Origin: Candidatus Micrarchaeota archaeon
GTDB lineage: Archaea > Micrarchaeota > Micrarchaeia > Anstonellales > Bilamarchaeaceae
DNA length: 64,000 bases
Assembly (NCBI GenBank): GCA_043812915.1
Contig: JBDRLQ010000007.1
Coordinates: 3,502-67,501 of the forward strand
Reading direction: 5' to 3'
Part shown: piece after piece, positions 33,652-43,174 of the stretch
Numbering within the stretch: the first letter of the stretch is position 1
Layout: every line of letters begins with the position of its first letter
Notes under the pieces: generated by a model
Told to the model about the DNA's origin: nothing
What the model saw: only the letters and a program-made list of their open reading frames with translations
Databases searched by the model: none
Made by a program: the position numbers and the translations under genes

Positions 33652-34050
33652 ATGAAGGGACTTAGCGGAAAGGTATCAAGAACCCTGACACTGGGCACCC
33701 AGCTCACGTGCAGCGACAACAGCGGTGCGAAAGTGCTGAATATAATCGGCGCGCTAAAGTTGAAGGGGACGAGGGGAAGGAATCCTACTGTCGGCGTCGG
33801 AAATATCGTGATTGCATCAGTAAGGAAAGGAAAGCCTGACATGGTGAAGAAGGTCGTAAAAGCCGTCATCATAAGGCAGAAGAAGGAATACCGGAGGCCG
33901 AACGGCATGCGTGTGATGTTTGAGGACAACGCCGCGGTTCTGGTGACCGACGACTTCCTTCCGGTGGCGACCGAAATCAAGGGTGTGGTCGCAAGGGAAA
34001 TCACCGAGAGGTTCCCCAAGGTTGCGGCTATCGCAGCAGGGGTTGTGTGA
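33652..34050 (+). CDS. rpl14: 50S ribosomal protein L14 (uL14)
   Basis: LTCSDNSGAKVLNIIG...IASVRKGKPDMVKKVVKAVIIRQKK. SD AAGGTGG. Confidence 0.95.
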   Translation: MKGLSGKVSRTLTLGTQLTCSDNSGAKVLNIIGALKLKGTRGRNPTVGVGNIVIASVRKGKPDMVKKVVKAVIIRQKKEYRRPNGMRVMFEDNAAVLVTDDFLPVATEIKGVVAREITERFPKVAAIAAGVV

Positions 34051-34060
34051 GGGGAGTAGA

Positions 34061-34588
34061 ATGAAATCTGATACCGAAAGAAAGCATTTTCATAAGGAAA
34101 AGAAGCACAAGAGGAAAAAGAGGCTCAGTGTCCACCTCTCAAAGGAGCTTCGCGGAAAGCTTAAGGTGAAGAAGCGCTCCCTGCTCCTGCGCAAGGACGA
34201 CTCTGTCCGCGTGATGCGCGGTCCTGGAAAAGGCAAGGAAGGCAGGGTCACTCGCGTTAGCGTCATGAAGAGGAAGGTTTATGTGGACGGCGTAACCACG
34301 AACACCGCAAAAGGGCGGGAGATCCTGGTTGCGCTTGAGGCATCCAACCTGCTGCTAATCTCTCTTGAGGCGACCGAGGAGAGGAAGAAGTTCTTCTCCG
34401 TAGACGTGTTCAAGAAGCCGAAAGCCGAGAAGCCGAAGGAGAAGCCCGCGCCAAAGGAAAAGGGAGAGGCGAAGGTGGAAGTGAAGAAGGTCGAGAAGCC
34501 CGAGGCACAGAAATCCGCGCCAAAGATTGAGGCTGCAGCAAAGTCTGCACCGGCAGTGCCGGGCAAAGCCGGAAACTCCGGCATCTGA
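34061..34588 (+). CDS. rpl24: 50S ribosomal protein L24 (uL24) with long K/P/A/E-rich C-terminal tail
   Basis: KOW motif DDSVRVMRGPGKGKEGRVTRV. The tail starts around KKPKAEKPKEKPAPKEKGEAK. Confidence 0.9.
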   Translation: MKSDTERKHFHKEKKHKRKKRLSVHLSKELRGKLKVKKRSLLLRKDDSVRVMRGPGKGKEGRVTRVSVMKRKVYVDGVTTNTAKGREILVALEASNLLLISLEATEERKKFFSVDVFKKPKAEKPKEKPAPKEKGEAKVEVKKVEKPEAQKSAPKIEAAAKSAPAVPGKAGNSGI

Positions 34589-34616
34589 ATAATACTAATA
34601 GATAAATGGTGATTAT

Positions 34617-35336
34617 TTGGGAAAAAGAGGAGGAACAACGCATCTGAAAAGGCTCGCGACCCCGAAGGCCGTGCCCATTTCAGACAAGAAGGCGAATGAA
34701 TGGATAATCAGGCAGGAGCCTGGCCCCCACCCGAGGGAACGCTCCATTGCGCTCGGAGTGCTGCTCAGGGATGTGCTCAAGCTCGTCAAGACCGCAAGGG
34801 AAGTGAAGACGGTGCTGACCGGCAGGCTAGTCCTGGTGGATGGGAAAGTGCGGACCAGCGAGAAGTTCCCGGTCGGGTTTATGGATGTCGTCTCATTGCC
34901 GAAGATGAAGAAGCACTACAGACTGGTCGTTGACTGGAAGGCGAGGCTTGTCCCTGTCGAAGTTGATGACAAGGGCTCGGCAACCAAGCTGCTCCAGATA
35001 TCCAGGAAGCACACGGTTAAGGGAGGGAAGCTCAACATCACGCTTCATGACGGCAAGAACATGCTCGCTGACAACAACCTGCATGTGGGGGACACAATCT
35101 CCGTGTCGCTTCCTGATGCGAAGATACAGTCCCATCTCAAGCTCGAGAATGGTGCGCGCTGCCTCATAGTCGAGGGAAAGCACGCAGGAAACCTCGTCAC
35201 CCTCAAGGGGATAATCCCGAGGGCCGGTGGAAAGCCGAACGAGGCGAAGGTTGAGGGAAAAGACGCAGAATTCATCACTGTCGCGAAGTATCTCTTCGTT
35301 GTTGGCGGTGATTTCGAGGTAGGTACCCATGGCTGA
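34617..35336 (+). CDS. rps4e: 30S ribosomal protein S4e (eS4)
   Basis: TTG start after GGTGAT. GKRGGTTHLKRLATPK...EKFPVGFMDVVSL. Confidence 0.95.
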   Translation: MGKRGGTTHLKRLATPKAVPISDKKANEWIIRQEPGPHPRERSIALGVLLRDVLKLVKTAREVKTVLTGRLVLVDGKVRTSEKFPVGFMDVVSLPKMKKHYRLVVDWKARLVPVEVDDKGSATKLLQISRKHTVKGGKLNITLHDGKNMLADNNLHVGDTISVSLPDAKIQSHLKLENGARCLIVEGKHAGNLVTLKGIIPRAGGKPNEAKVEGKDAEFITVAKYLFVVGGDFEVGTHG

Positions 35337-35847
35337 AAGCAATCCGATGAGGGAGCTGCTCGTTGAGAAGGTCACCGTGAACATCGGTGTCGGCTCACCT
35401 GGCGATAGGCTCGATTACGCGAAGCAGCTGGTCAGCAGGCTCGCGGGTGACCGGACCCCAGTAATAACCAAGGCAAGGAGGAGGGAGCCGGTCTTCAAGC
35501 TCAGGACGGGCCTTCCAATCGGCGTGAAGATTACCCTAAGGGGAAAGCCGGCGACGGAATTCCTCGAGAAGGCGTTCGCGGCGAAGAGGAAGATGATACA
35601 CAAGAGGAACTTCGATAAGGAAGGGAACTTCTCCTTCGGTGTCGCGGAATACATTGATTTCCCCGGAGCGAAGTATGACCCGGAAATCGGCATGTTCGGT
35701 TTCGATGTCTGCGTAACCATGAAGAGGAAGGGAAAGCGTGTCACGCAGAGGAAGCTGCACAAAGCTAAAATCGGCAACGCGCACAGGATTTCCCAGGATG
35801 AAGCAGTAGCCTTCGTGCGGGACAAGTTCGGAGTGACTGTTGAGTGA
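35329..35847 (+). CDS. rpl5: 50S ribosomal protein L5 (uL5)
   Basis: [11 protein letters not shown]...[21 protein letters not shown]...[11 protein letters not shown]. Confidence 0.95.
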   Translation: MAESNPMRELLVEKVTVNIGVGSPGDRLDYAKQLVSRLAGDRTPVITKARRREPVFKLRTGLPIGVKITLRGKPATEFLEKAFAAKRKMIHKRNFDKEGNFSFGVAEYIDFPGAKYDPEIGMFGFDVCVTMKRKGKRVTQRKLHKAKIGNAHRISQDEAVAFVRDKFGVTVE

Positions 35848-35860
35848 TGGTGATTCTCTC

Positions 35861-36019
35861 ATGACTGATAAAGATGATGATATGAAAGGAAAGGGGAGAA
35901 GGGTTTGCCGAAACTGCGGCAATGCAAGAGGCCTTATCCGCAAATACCAGCTTTACGTTTGCAGGAGATGCTTCAGGGAAATGGCTGAAAGCATTGGCTT
36001 CAGGAAATACGGTGGATGA
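35861..36019 (+). CDS. rps14: 30S ribosomal protein S14 (uS14, zinc-binding type; below ORF-track cutoff)
   Basis: Hand translation: [60 protein letters not shown]. Expected position between L5 and S8. Confidence 0.9.
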   Translation: MTDKDDDMKGKGRRVCRNCGNARGLIRKYQLYVCRRCFREMAESIGFRKYGG

Positions 36020-36023
36020 TACT

Positions 36024-36404
36024 ATGGATTATCTTGCTGAAGCGCTTAACACGATAAAGACGCATGAAAATGTCGGGCAGGAACTCTGCTCGGTCAGGGC
36101 CACCAAGCTGATTGAGAAAGTGCTCAACGTACTGAAAGAGCACAAGTATCTAAAGAGCTTCGAGACGGTCGACAATGGCAGGGGGGGATTCTTCAATGTC
36201 CAGCTGGATGGCAGGATTAACGACTGCGGGGTCATCAAGCCGCGCATGCCTGTCAAGAAGACTGACTGGGCCAAGAAGGAGCAGCAGTACATCCCGGGTA
36301 TCGGGGTGGGGCTGCTCATTGTATCCACTTCTGAGGGTGTCATGACAAATGCTGATGCCGAGGAGAAGAAAATCGGAGGGAGGCTTCTAGCCTACGTCTA
36401 TTAG
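36024..36404 (+). CDS. rps8: 30S ribosomal protein S8 (uS8)
   Basis: MDYLAEALNTIKTHENVGQ...GLLIVSTSEGVMT...GGRLLAYVY. Confidence 0.95.
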   Translation: MDYLAEALNTIKTHENVGQELCSVRATKLIEKVLNVLKEHKYLKSFETVDNGRGGFFNVQLDGRINDCGVIKPRMPVKKTDWAKKEQQYIPGIGVGLLIVSTSEGVMTNADAEEKKIGGRLLAYVY

Positions 36405-36413
36405 GTGTTCACA

Positions 36414-36902
36414 ATGGTTGAGATTCCAGAAGGAGTGACTGTCGAAGTAAACGGGCCGGTTGTCACGGTCAAGGGCCCCAAGGGTACGCTTACCCGCGCG
36501 TTCGTAAAGACCGTCGACATAAAGGTCAACGGTAACAATGTGGACGTCATGGGAAAGCGGCTCGCTTATGTAAACACCGTTAGCTCCGTAATCAATAATA
36601 TGTGCATCGGGGCTAAGGACGGATACGAGAAGAAGATGAAAATCCTGTTCGCCCACTTCCCGATAAGCCTGGAAGTGAAGGGAAAGGAAATCCTGGTGAA
36701 GAACTTCCTTGGGGAGCGTTCCCCGCGGAAGACCTCGCTTGCCGGGGATGGCACCAAGCTCCAGGTGAAGGGCCAGAACATTTCGATTACCGGCCCTGAC
36801 AAGGAAGCTGTTGGCCAGACCGCCGCGAACCTGAGGTCCGCCACCAAGATAAAGGGGAAGGATGGCCGGATTTTCCAGGACGGCATCTATGACGAGATGT
36901 GA
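36414..36902 (+). CDS. rpl6: 50S ribosomal protein L6 (uL6)
   Basis: VEIPEGVTVEVNGPVVTVKGPKGTLTR...FPISLEVKGKEILVKNFLGE. ATG 36414 follows AGGTG. Confidence 0.95.
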   Translation: MVEIPEGVTVEVNGPVVTVKGPKGTLTRAFVKTVDIKVNGNNVDVMGKRLAYVNTVSSVINNMCIGAKDGYEKKMKILFAHFPISLEVKGKEILVKNFLGERSPRKTSLAGDGTKLQVKGQNISITGPDKEAVGQTAANLRSATKIKGKDGRIFQDGIYDEM

Positions 36903-36907
36903 TTATC

Positions 36908-37360
36908 ATGGCAGAAAAGAAGAAACCCAGCAAGAAGAAAAAACCGACGTTCAATGTCATGAACCTCGGCTTCAAGAAGAGGGTGAAGTCCAGGTGGAGG
37001 AAGCCGAGAGGCACCCACAACAAGAAGAGGATGAGGAAGGAGTTCTGCGGAGCTTCACCGTGCATCGGGTACAGGAACCCTGTGTCTATGCGCGGCCTCG
37101 GAAAGGGCGGACTGCCCGAGATGCTTGTATGCAACGCGGCCGAGTTCGAGGGGGCCAAGGACGTGGTGCTCAGGATTTCCTCAAAAGTAGGGAAGAGGAA
37201 GAGGGTTGAAATCCAGAAGAAGGCCGAGGCCATGGGCCTCAGGGTGCTCAACGTGAGGAAAGATACTGCGGAGAATGCGAAGCCCGCAGCCAAGCCGGCG
37301 GAGAAGAAAGCTCCGGAAAAGAGCCCGGCACCGAGCGCACCGGCGCCTTCAAAGAAGTAG
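36908..37360 (+). CDS. rpl32e: 50S ribosomal protein L32e (eL32) with A/P/K-rich tail
   Basis: RWRKPRGTHNKKRMRKEFCGASPCIGYRNP. Tail AKPAAKPAEKKAPEKSPAPSAPAPSKK. Confidence 0.9.
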   Translation: MAEKKKPSKKKKPTFNVMNLGFKKRVKSRWRKPRGTHNKKRMRKEFCGASPCIGYRNPVSMRGLGKGGLPEMLVCNAAEFEGAKDVVLRISSKVGKRKRVEIQKKAEAMGLRVLNVRKDTAENAKPAAKPAEKKAPEKSPAPSAPAPSKK

Positions 37361-37369
37361 GTGATTCTC

Positions 37370-37888
37370 ATGAGTATGGCTACAATAAGAAGGCTCGCAG
37401 CTAACATCCTGAATGTGGGTGAGCGGAGAATATGGATAAACCCCGGGGAGGTTGAAGAGGTCAAGAAGATGGCAACCCGTGCGGATGTCCGCGACCTCAT
37501 CTCCAAGGGGACCGTCAAGAAGCTGCCTGTCAAAGGAAGGAAGAAGGTAGAGAAGAAGAAGAGGCGCGGCAAAGGCAGCAAGAAGGGCACGACATCCGGA
37601 GAGCAGAAGAAGCGCTGGATGGAAAAGGTCCGTGCGCAGAGGAGGCTCTTTGCGGCGATGGTCTCGAGCGGCGCTCTTGACCAGGAGAAGAGGAGAATCT
37701 ACAGCAGAATCAAGAGCGGGCTCTTCAGGAACAAGAAGGCGATGCTCATCTACCTCAAGGAGAACAAGCTTATCGCGGCCGACTACGAAGAGGTCAGGCC
37801 AAAGCCAGTGAAAAAGGAGAAGGTGCCCAAGGCGCCGAAGAAGGCAGCCCAGAAGAAGCCTGTCAAAAAGGAGGGTGAATCCAAATGA
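37370..37888 (+). CDS. rpl19e: 50S ribosomal protein L19e (eL19) with K/P-rich tail
   Basis: TIRRLAANILNVGERRIWINP...RRGKGSKKG...KRWMEKVRAQRR. Tail RPKPVKKEKVPKAPKKAAQKKPVKKEGESK. Confidence 0.9.
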   Translation: MSMATIRRLAANILNVGERRIWINPGEVEEVKKMATRADVRDLISKGTVKKLPVKGRKKVEKKKRRGKGSKKGTTSGEQKKRWMEKVRAQRRLFAAMVSSGALDQEKRRIYSRIKSGLFRNKKAMLIYLKENKLIAADYEEVRPKPVKKEKVPKAPKKAAQKKPVKKEGESK

Positions 37889-38379
37889 CGAGAGCAAAAG
37901 GTCCGGCTTACAATGTCCAGTACAGGAGAAGGAGAGAAGGCACTACCGACTTCGCGAAGAGACTCGCGCTTATAAAGTCGGGCAAGCCGCGCATGGTTGT
38001 CAGGAAGAGCAACAAGGGACTGGTAGTGCAGTTCATAGAGTTCGACCCCAAAGGGGACAAGACGCTCCTGACTGTGAATGGCGCAATCCTCAAGAAAGCC
38101 CTTAAGTGGGAATCCAAGAGGAACGTCTGGACTGCTTATCTTGCAGGGCTTTATGCTGGCAAGGAAGCCGGAAAGAAGGGCGTCAAGGAATTCGTCTTCG
38201 ACATGGGCCGGTATACGCCCTCAAAGGGGAACATACTCTTCGCGGTGGTTAAGGGAGCTGCGGATTCTGGCCTGAAGACCAATTTCTCAGACAAGATGGT
38301 ACCGTCAGACAAACTGGCGAATCCGCCCGAGGCGCTGAAAAGCGCTTTCGAGAAGGCGAAGAGCAGCATTGCAGGGTGA
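37885..38379 (+). CDS. rpl18: 50S ribosomal protein L18 (uL18)
   Basis: YRRRREGTTDFAKRLALIKSGKPRMVVRKSNKGLVVQFIE. ATGA overlap. Confidence 0.9.
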   Translation: MTRAKGPAYNVQYRRRREGTTDFAKRLALIKSGKPRMVVRKSNKGLVVQFIEFDPKGDKTLLTVNGAILKKALKWESKRNVWTAYLAGLYAGKEAGKKGVKEFVFDMGRYTPSKGNILFAVVKGAADSGLKTNFSDKMVPSDKLANPPEALKSAFEKAKSSIAG

Positions 38380-38385
38380 TGATTC

Positions 38386-39030
38386 ATGAGGAAAAGATCC
38401 AGCGTTGAAAAACTTCGGATGATAAACAAGGAGGACTGGGAACCCAAGACCTCCATGGGAATGAAGGTTAAAGCCGGTGAGATAACTACAATAGAGGAAA
38501 TCATGGAATCCGGAAAGCCTATCCTGGAGCCCGAGATTATCGACATCCTGTTCAGGGACATGGAGGCCGAGACGCTCCAGATAAATACCACCCAGAGGGT
38601 GACTGACTCAGGCAAGAGGACCAAGTTCCGCGTGGTTACCGTCATCGGCGACCGCAACGGGCACGTTGGCCTCGGGGTTGGCAAGAGCGAGGAGCTCAAG
38701 CCCGCGGTGGACTACGCAATCAGGAACGCGAAGAAGAACGTCTTCGCAATCCAGATGGGATGCGGCAGCTGGGAGTGCAAGTGCTCAGTAGCCCACTCGC
38801 TAAGGAGGGCCACGCAGGGCAAGGAAGGGAGCACGGTGGTGCACCTGAAGCCCGCGCCAAGGGGCCTTGGCTTGGCTGCAAACGACATCGTAAAGAAGGT
38901 CCTGAAAATGGCCGGCATAAAGGATGTCTGGAGCTCAACAACCGGTGGAAAGGGTAACATTTACAACATGGCGTCGGCAACAATCTGTGCGCTTGACAAT
39001 CTGAACACGATTAAGCCGCCGGCAGAATGA
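38386..39030 (+). CDS. rps5: 30S ribosomal protein S5 (uS5)
   Basis: RVTDSGKRTKFRVVTVIGDRNGHVGLGVGKSEELKPAVDYAIRNAKKN. Confidence 0.95.
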   Translation: MRKRSSVEKLRMINKEDWEPKTSMGMKVKAGEITTIEEIMESGKPILEPEIIDILFRDMEAETLQINTTQRVTDSGKRTKFRVVTVIGDRNGHVGLGVGKSEELKPAVDYAIRNAKKNVFAIQMGCGSWECKCSVAHSLRRATQGKEGSTVVHLKPAPRGLGLAANDIVKKVLKMAGIKDVWSSTTGGKGNIYNMASATICALDNLNTIKPPAE

Positions 39031-39043
39031 AAGGTGAATCAAA

Positions 39044-39481
39044 ATGACTAAGCTCGCACTGATACGCGTCCGCGGCGCAAGGGGGCTGAAGCCCAAGATA
39101 GCCAAGACTCTTGGGCTATTGAGGCTGAACAAGCCCAACCACTGCGTTGTGGTAGAGGATACGAATGAAATGAAGGGCATGATTAATGTGGTGAAGGATT
39201 ACATCACCTTCGGGCCTGTGGATGAGGATACCATCGTCCGCCTCATGAGCAAGAGGGGAACGAGGGGTTCGAAGTCACTGAAGGATGTAGCCTCAGCAGA
39301 TGAAATCAAGGCGGCTGCAAAAGAGATGGCAGGCGGCAAGAAGCCGAAGGAAGGCTTCGTGAATCCTGTCTTCAGGCTGACGCCCCCAAGGAAGGGATAC
39401 AAGAGCATCAAGCTTCCTTACCCTGAAGGGGACCTTGGAGCGAGGGATGAGATACTTCCGCTCCTTAGAAGAATGATGTGA
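39044..39481 (+). CDS. rpl30: 50S ribosomal protein L30 (uL30)
   Basis: LALIRVRGARGLKPKIAKTLGLLRLNKPNHCVVV. Confidence 0.9.
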   Translation: MTKLALIRVRGARGLKPKIAKTLGLLRLNKPNHCVVVEDTNEMKGMINVVKDYITFGPVDEDTIVRLMSKRGTRGSKSLKDVASADEIKAAAKEMAGGKKPKEGFVNPVFRLTPPRKGYKSIKLPYPEGDLGARDEILPLLRRMM

Positions 39482-39486
39482 TAATT

Positions 39487-39906
39487 ATGGCGAGCAGAAG
39501 AAAAGCAGGACAGAAGAAAAAATATCTCGGGAAAAGGAGCTTCGGCTGCGGGAACTGCAAGAACCGCAGGGGAAGCGGAAACCGGGGCGGAAGGGGAAAG
39601 GCCGGAATCTGCAAGCACAAGGGCACCTGGGCGGCGAAATACGCGCCAGGCTACTTTGGCAAGCACGGATTCGCCAACCCGAATTCCAAGTCGCTAATCA
39701 AGGTGGCCCACCTCTTTGACATCAACCGCAGGGCAATTCTGGGCAAACTGGAGAAATCAGGGGATAAGTTCGTTTTCCAGTTCAAGGGCAAGGTCCTGGC
39801 GACGGGGAATGTCACCGTACCGCTCTTAATAAAGGCAAATGCATGGAGCAAGCGAACTGAGGAGAAGGTCAAGGCAGCTGGCGGAGACATTTCTAACCTC
39901 GGGTGA
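39487..39906 (+). CDS. rpl15: 50S ribosomal protein L15 (uL15)
   Basis: RRGSGNRGGRGKAGICKHKGTW...YFGKHGF. Expected position before secY. Confidence 0.9.
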   Translation: MASRRKAGQKKKYLGKRSFGCGNCKNRRGSGNRGGRGKAGICKHKGTWAAKYAPGYFGKHGFANPNSKSLIKVAHLFDINRRAILGKLEKSGDKFVFQFKGKVLATGNVTVPLLIKANAWSKRTEEKVKAAGGDISNLG

Positions 39907-39914
39907 GCGTTCCA

Positions 39915-41321
39915 ATGGGCGTTATCGATTTCGTACATTCTTTCTCGAAGCACCTGCCGACAATCAAGCAGCCGGAGAGGCCTGTCCCGACAAAGGACAA
40001 GCTGATCTGGACTGGTGTCGCGCTCGTGATCTTCTTTGCCATGTACCACACCACCGCTCTTGGTGTCACCACCGCCGGGGTTGGCATGGATTTCCTGCAG
40101 ACGATCACCGCGTCCAAAATAGGCTCCCTCCTGACGGCAGGTATCGGGCCGATAGTGCTCGCCAGCATTTTCCTGCAGCTCTTCTCAGGCGCGGGAATCA
40201 TCAAGCTGGACCTTAAGGACAAGAACGACAAGCAGAAGTTCCTGGAAACACAGAAGGTCCTTGCGATACTTATCGCCTTCGCTGAAGGCATCATATTCGT
40301 GATAACCGGCAGGACGATCCTCGCGCCCCTCCTGGGTCTTCCGACCGAGATCGTGATGATTCTGGTGGTGCTGCAGATTGCCGTCGGTTCCATAATAATC
40401 ATCTATCTTGATGAGCTTGTGACCAAGTACGGAATCGGAAGCGGAGTGAGCCTCTTCATCGCGGCCGGTGTCTCCCAGTCTATCATAGGAGGGCTTCTGG
40501 GCCTGGTATTCGGGGCAAATGGCGTCGTCCCGGTAATGGCTGAGGGGGGAGCGGAAGCGTTGCCCCTGGCCTTGCTTGCGCTGATGCCATTCATATTCAC
40601 CATCATCGTGTTCCTTGCCGTCGTTTACTCGGAGGGGATAAAGGTGGAGATTCCGATAGCTTTCGAGCGTGTCCGGGGGATGGTCCCGAAGCTTCCATTG
40701 AAGTTCTTCTATGTGTCCAACATACCGGTCATCTTCGCTAGCGCGCTGATTATGAACATCCAGCTTTTCGCGGGCATGTCCCTTGCCGGAGCCGACCTTC
40801 CCTTTGTCGGCTATGTCACCGAGGACGGGCAGCTCCGTGACGGTCTGCTATATTTCCTGACCCCCGTCTATGGGTTCGGGAGGAACACGGCTGCGCAGTG
40901 GGACTTCATAACCACCGCGGTGACCCCGTTTTACGGAATACCGGAATGGGTCCATGCCCTTACCTATGTATTGTTCTTATCGCTCTTCTCGGTCCTGTTC
41001 GGGCTGTTCTGGGTGGAGACATCCAACATGGACGCAAAGGCAGTCGCGGGGCAGCTGACAAGCTCGGGAATGCAGATTCCAGGCTTCAGGAGGGATCCTC
41101 GGATGCTTGAGAAGATACTGCACAAGAACATATTCCCGCTAACCGTGATGGGGGCCTTTTCCGTGGGGCTGCTTGCCGGTGTGGCTGACCTTACTGGTGC
41201 CCTTGGAACTGGAACGGGCATCCTTCTTACTGTGGGCATCCTCTACAGGATGTACGAGCAGATGGAGCAGATGCAGGCATTCGAGCTCTATCCCGCCTTT
41301 GGAAAGCTTATAGGTGAATGA
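39915..41321 (+). CDS. secY: preprotein translocase subunit SecY
   Basis: 10-TM protein. LIWTGVALVIFFAMYHT, GIGPIVLASIFLQLF, YLDELVTKYGIGSGVSLFI. Confidence 0.95.
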   Translation: MGVIDFVHSFSKHLPTIKQPERPVPTKDKLIWTGVALVIFFAMYHTTALGVTTAGVGMDFLQTITASKIGSLLTAGIGPIVLASIFLQLFSGAGIIKLDLKDKNDKQKFLETQKVLAILIAFAEGIIFVITGRTILAPLLGLPTEIVMILVVLQIAVGSIIIIYLDELVTKYGIGSGVSLFIAAGVSQSIIGGLLGLVFGANGVVPVMAEGGAEALPLALLALMPFIFTIIVFLAVVYSEGIKVEIPIAFERVRGMVPKLPLKFFYVSNIPVIFASALIMNIQLFAGMSLAGADLPFVGYVTEDGQLRDGLLYFLTPVYGFGRNTAAQWDFITTAVTPFYGIPEWVHALTYVLFLSLFSVLFGLFWVETSNMDAKAVAGQLTSSGMQIPGFRRDPRMLEKILHKNIFPLTVMGAFSVGLLAGVADLTGALGTGTGILLTVGILYRMYEQMEQMQAFELYPAFGKLIGE

Positions 41322-41854
41322 GCATGATAATCGTAATGGGTTTGCCCGGAGCCGGAAAGACGACTGTCCTCAAGGGGCTGGACACCGATTATCGGGTCCA
41401 GAACTTCGGGGACCTCATGTTCGAGATTGAGAAGGAGAAATTCGGCATCACGGACAGGGACCAGATGAGGACGATTTCAAAGGAGAAGCAGGGTGAAGTC
41501 CAGAAGCTTGTTTATGAGCGGCTCTCAAAAGAAAAGGGCAAGTTCATCCTTGACACGCACTGCTCTGTGAACACCCCGAAAGGATTCCTTCCAGGGGTGC
41601 CATTCGAGTATCTCAAGATGCTCAAGGTGGACTACCTAGTTCTTATTACCGCGGATGTGGAAGCGGTCGCCAAGAGGCGCTCTGATGACCCCTCAAGGAA
41701 GAGGGATGCTGACAACATCGGTCTCCATGACCAGATGAACAAGTCGTTCTTAGCGGCCTACTCGGCTTTCACCGGCGCTCCTGCGGTAGTGATAATAAAC
41801 GAGCAGGGGAAGGCGCAGGAGGCGACTGCCAGGCTGCAGGCGCTTCTTGAGTAG
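41318..41854 (+). CDS. adkA: adenylate kinase, archaeal type
   Basis: P-loop VMGLPGAGKTT. About 178 aa. Canonical position after secY. ATGA overlap. Confidence 0.85.
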   Translation: MSMIIVMGLPGAGKTTVLKGLDTDYRVQNFGDLMFEIEKEKFGITDRDQMRTISKEKQGEVQKLVYERLSKEKGKFILDTHCSVNTPKGFLPGVPFEYLKMLKVDYLVLITADVEAVAKRRSDDPSRKRDADNIGLHDQMNKSFLAAYSAFTGAPAVVIINEQGKAQEATARLQALLE

Positions 41855-41896
41855 CTTCCATCCTTCTTTTAAATTCTTTTTTCCTATTTCTCCCCT

Positions 41897-43174
41897 ATGC
41901 TAGACATTCGGCTCCTTCGGGACAACCAGGACATCATCCTCAATTCACTTCGGGACAGGCAGTCCCCTAAAGAGACCCTCAAGCTCATAGAGCAGATTGG
42001 GGGGAAGGACCGGCAGTGGAGAAAGATAAAATTCGAGGAAGAGGAGCTCCGCGCGGAGCGCAACAAATTGAGCGCTGCGATAAACGAGAAGAAGAAGGCC
42101 AAGAAGGACGCCTCAAAGGAGATTGCGCGCTCGGGCGAGGTCGCCAAGAGAATCAAGGAAATCTCCCAGGAGACCGAGATGATAGAGCTTGGCATAAAGG
42201 AGCACATGCTGGGGATACCCAACATACCCGACAAGTCAGTTCCCAAGGGGAAGGACGAAAGGGAGAATAAGGAAATCAGGAAATGGGGGAAGCCTGAGAA
42301 GGATGGGAAGGACGTTTTATCACACTATGAGATATCCAAGCAGTGCGATCTCATCGACCATGAGAGGGGCGTGAAGCTTGCTGGCCACAGGTTCTCGGTG
42401 CTCAAGGGCCCGATGGCAAGGCTTGAGCGCGCACTGACCAATTTCATGCTCTCTGTGCAGACACAGCAGGGGTATACAGAAATAGCGCCTCCGTACCTGG
42501 TCAACACCAAGACGATTACAGGCACCGGCCAGTTGCCGAAGTTCGCCGATGACCAGTACAAGATTGAGGGCGAGGATTTATGGCTGATACCGACAGCCGA
42601 AGTGCCGCTAACCAACCTCTATGCCGACGAGGTGCTCAATGAAAAGGACCTTCCGGTGAAGGTGACTGCCTACACCCCCTGCTTCAGGAGGGAGGCCGGG
42701 GCGTACGGAAAGGACATCCACGGATTAATCCGGCAGCACCAGTTCGACAAGGTGGAGCTTGTGAAATTCGCGCATCCGGAGAGGAGCTTCGAGGAGCTTG
42801 AAGGGCTGACAAAAGACGCGGAAAGGATTCTCCAGCTCTTGGAAATCCCATACCGGGTCATCGAGCTCTGTACCGGGGACCTTGGTTTCTCAGCCGCCAA
42901 GACATATGATATCGAAGTGTGGATTCCGAGCCAGAACACGTACAGGGAAATCTCATCGTGCTCCAACTGCACGGACTTCCAGGCAAGGAGGGCGAACATA
43001 AGGTACCTCGCGCCAAGCGGGAAGATGGAATTCGTGCACACCTTAAACGGCAGCGGGCTCGCAGTGGGCAGGACATTGATAGCGGTTCTGGAGAACTGCC
43101 AGGATGATAAAAAAACAGTAAGAATCCCAAAGGTCCTGAGGGACTACATGGGAGAGGCTGAAATCAGGATTTGA
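41897..43174 (+). CDS. serS: seryl-tRNA synthetase
   Basis: MLDIRLLRDN..., coiled-coil arm, class II motifs (FRREAG, TLNGSGLAVGRTL). Confidence 0.95.
   Translation: MLDIRLLRDNQDIILNSLRDRQSPKETLKLIEQIGGKDRQWRKIKFEEEELRAERNKLSAAINEKKKAKKDASKEIARSGEVAKRIKEISQETEMIELGIKEHMLGIPNIPDKSVPKGKDERENKEIRKWGKPEKDGKDVLSHYEISKQCDLIDHERGVKLAGHRFSVLKGPMARLERALTNFMLSVQTQQGYTEIAPPYLVNTKTITGTGQLPKFADDQYKIEGEDLWLIPTAEVPLTNLYADEVLNEKDLPVKVTAYTPCFRREAGAYGKDIHGLIRQHQFDKVELVKFAHPERSFEELEGLTKDAERILQLLEIPYRVIELCTGDLGFSAAKTYDIEVWIPSQNTYREISSCSNCTDFQARRANIRYLAPSGKMEFVHTLNGSGLAVGRTLIAVLENCQDDKKTVRIPKVLRDYMGEAEIRI

Noticed and set aside
36787-37590. 267-aa minus-strand ORF
   Set aside because: It is antisense to rpl6/rpl32e/rpl19e. 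The F/L/S-rich sequence mirrors the Lys/Glu-rich sense frame.
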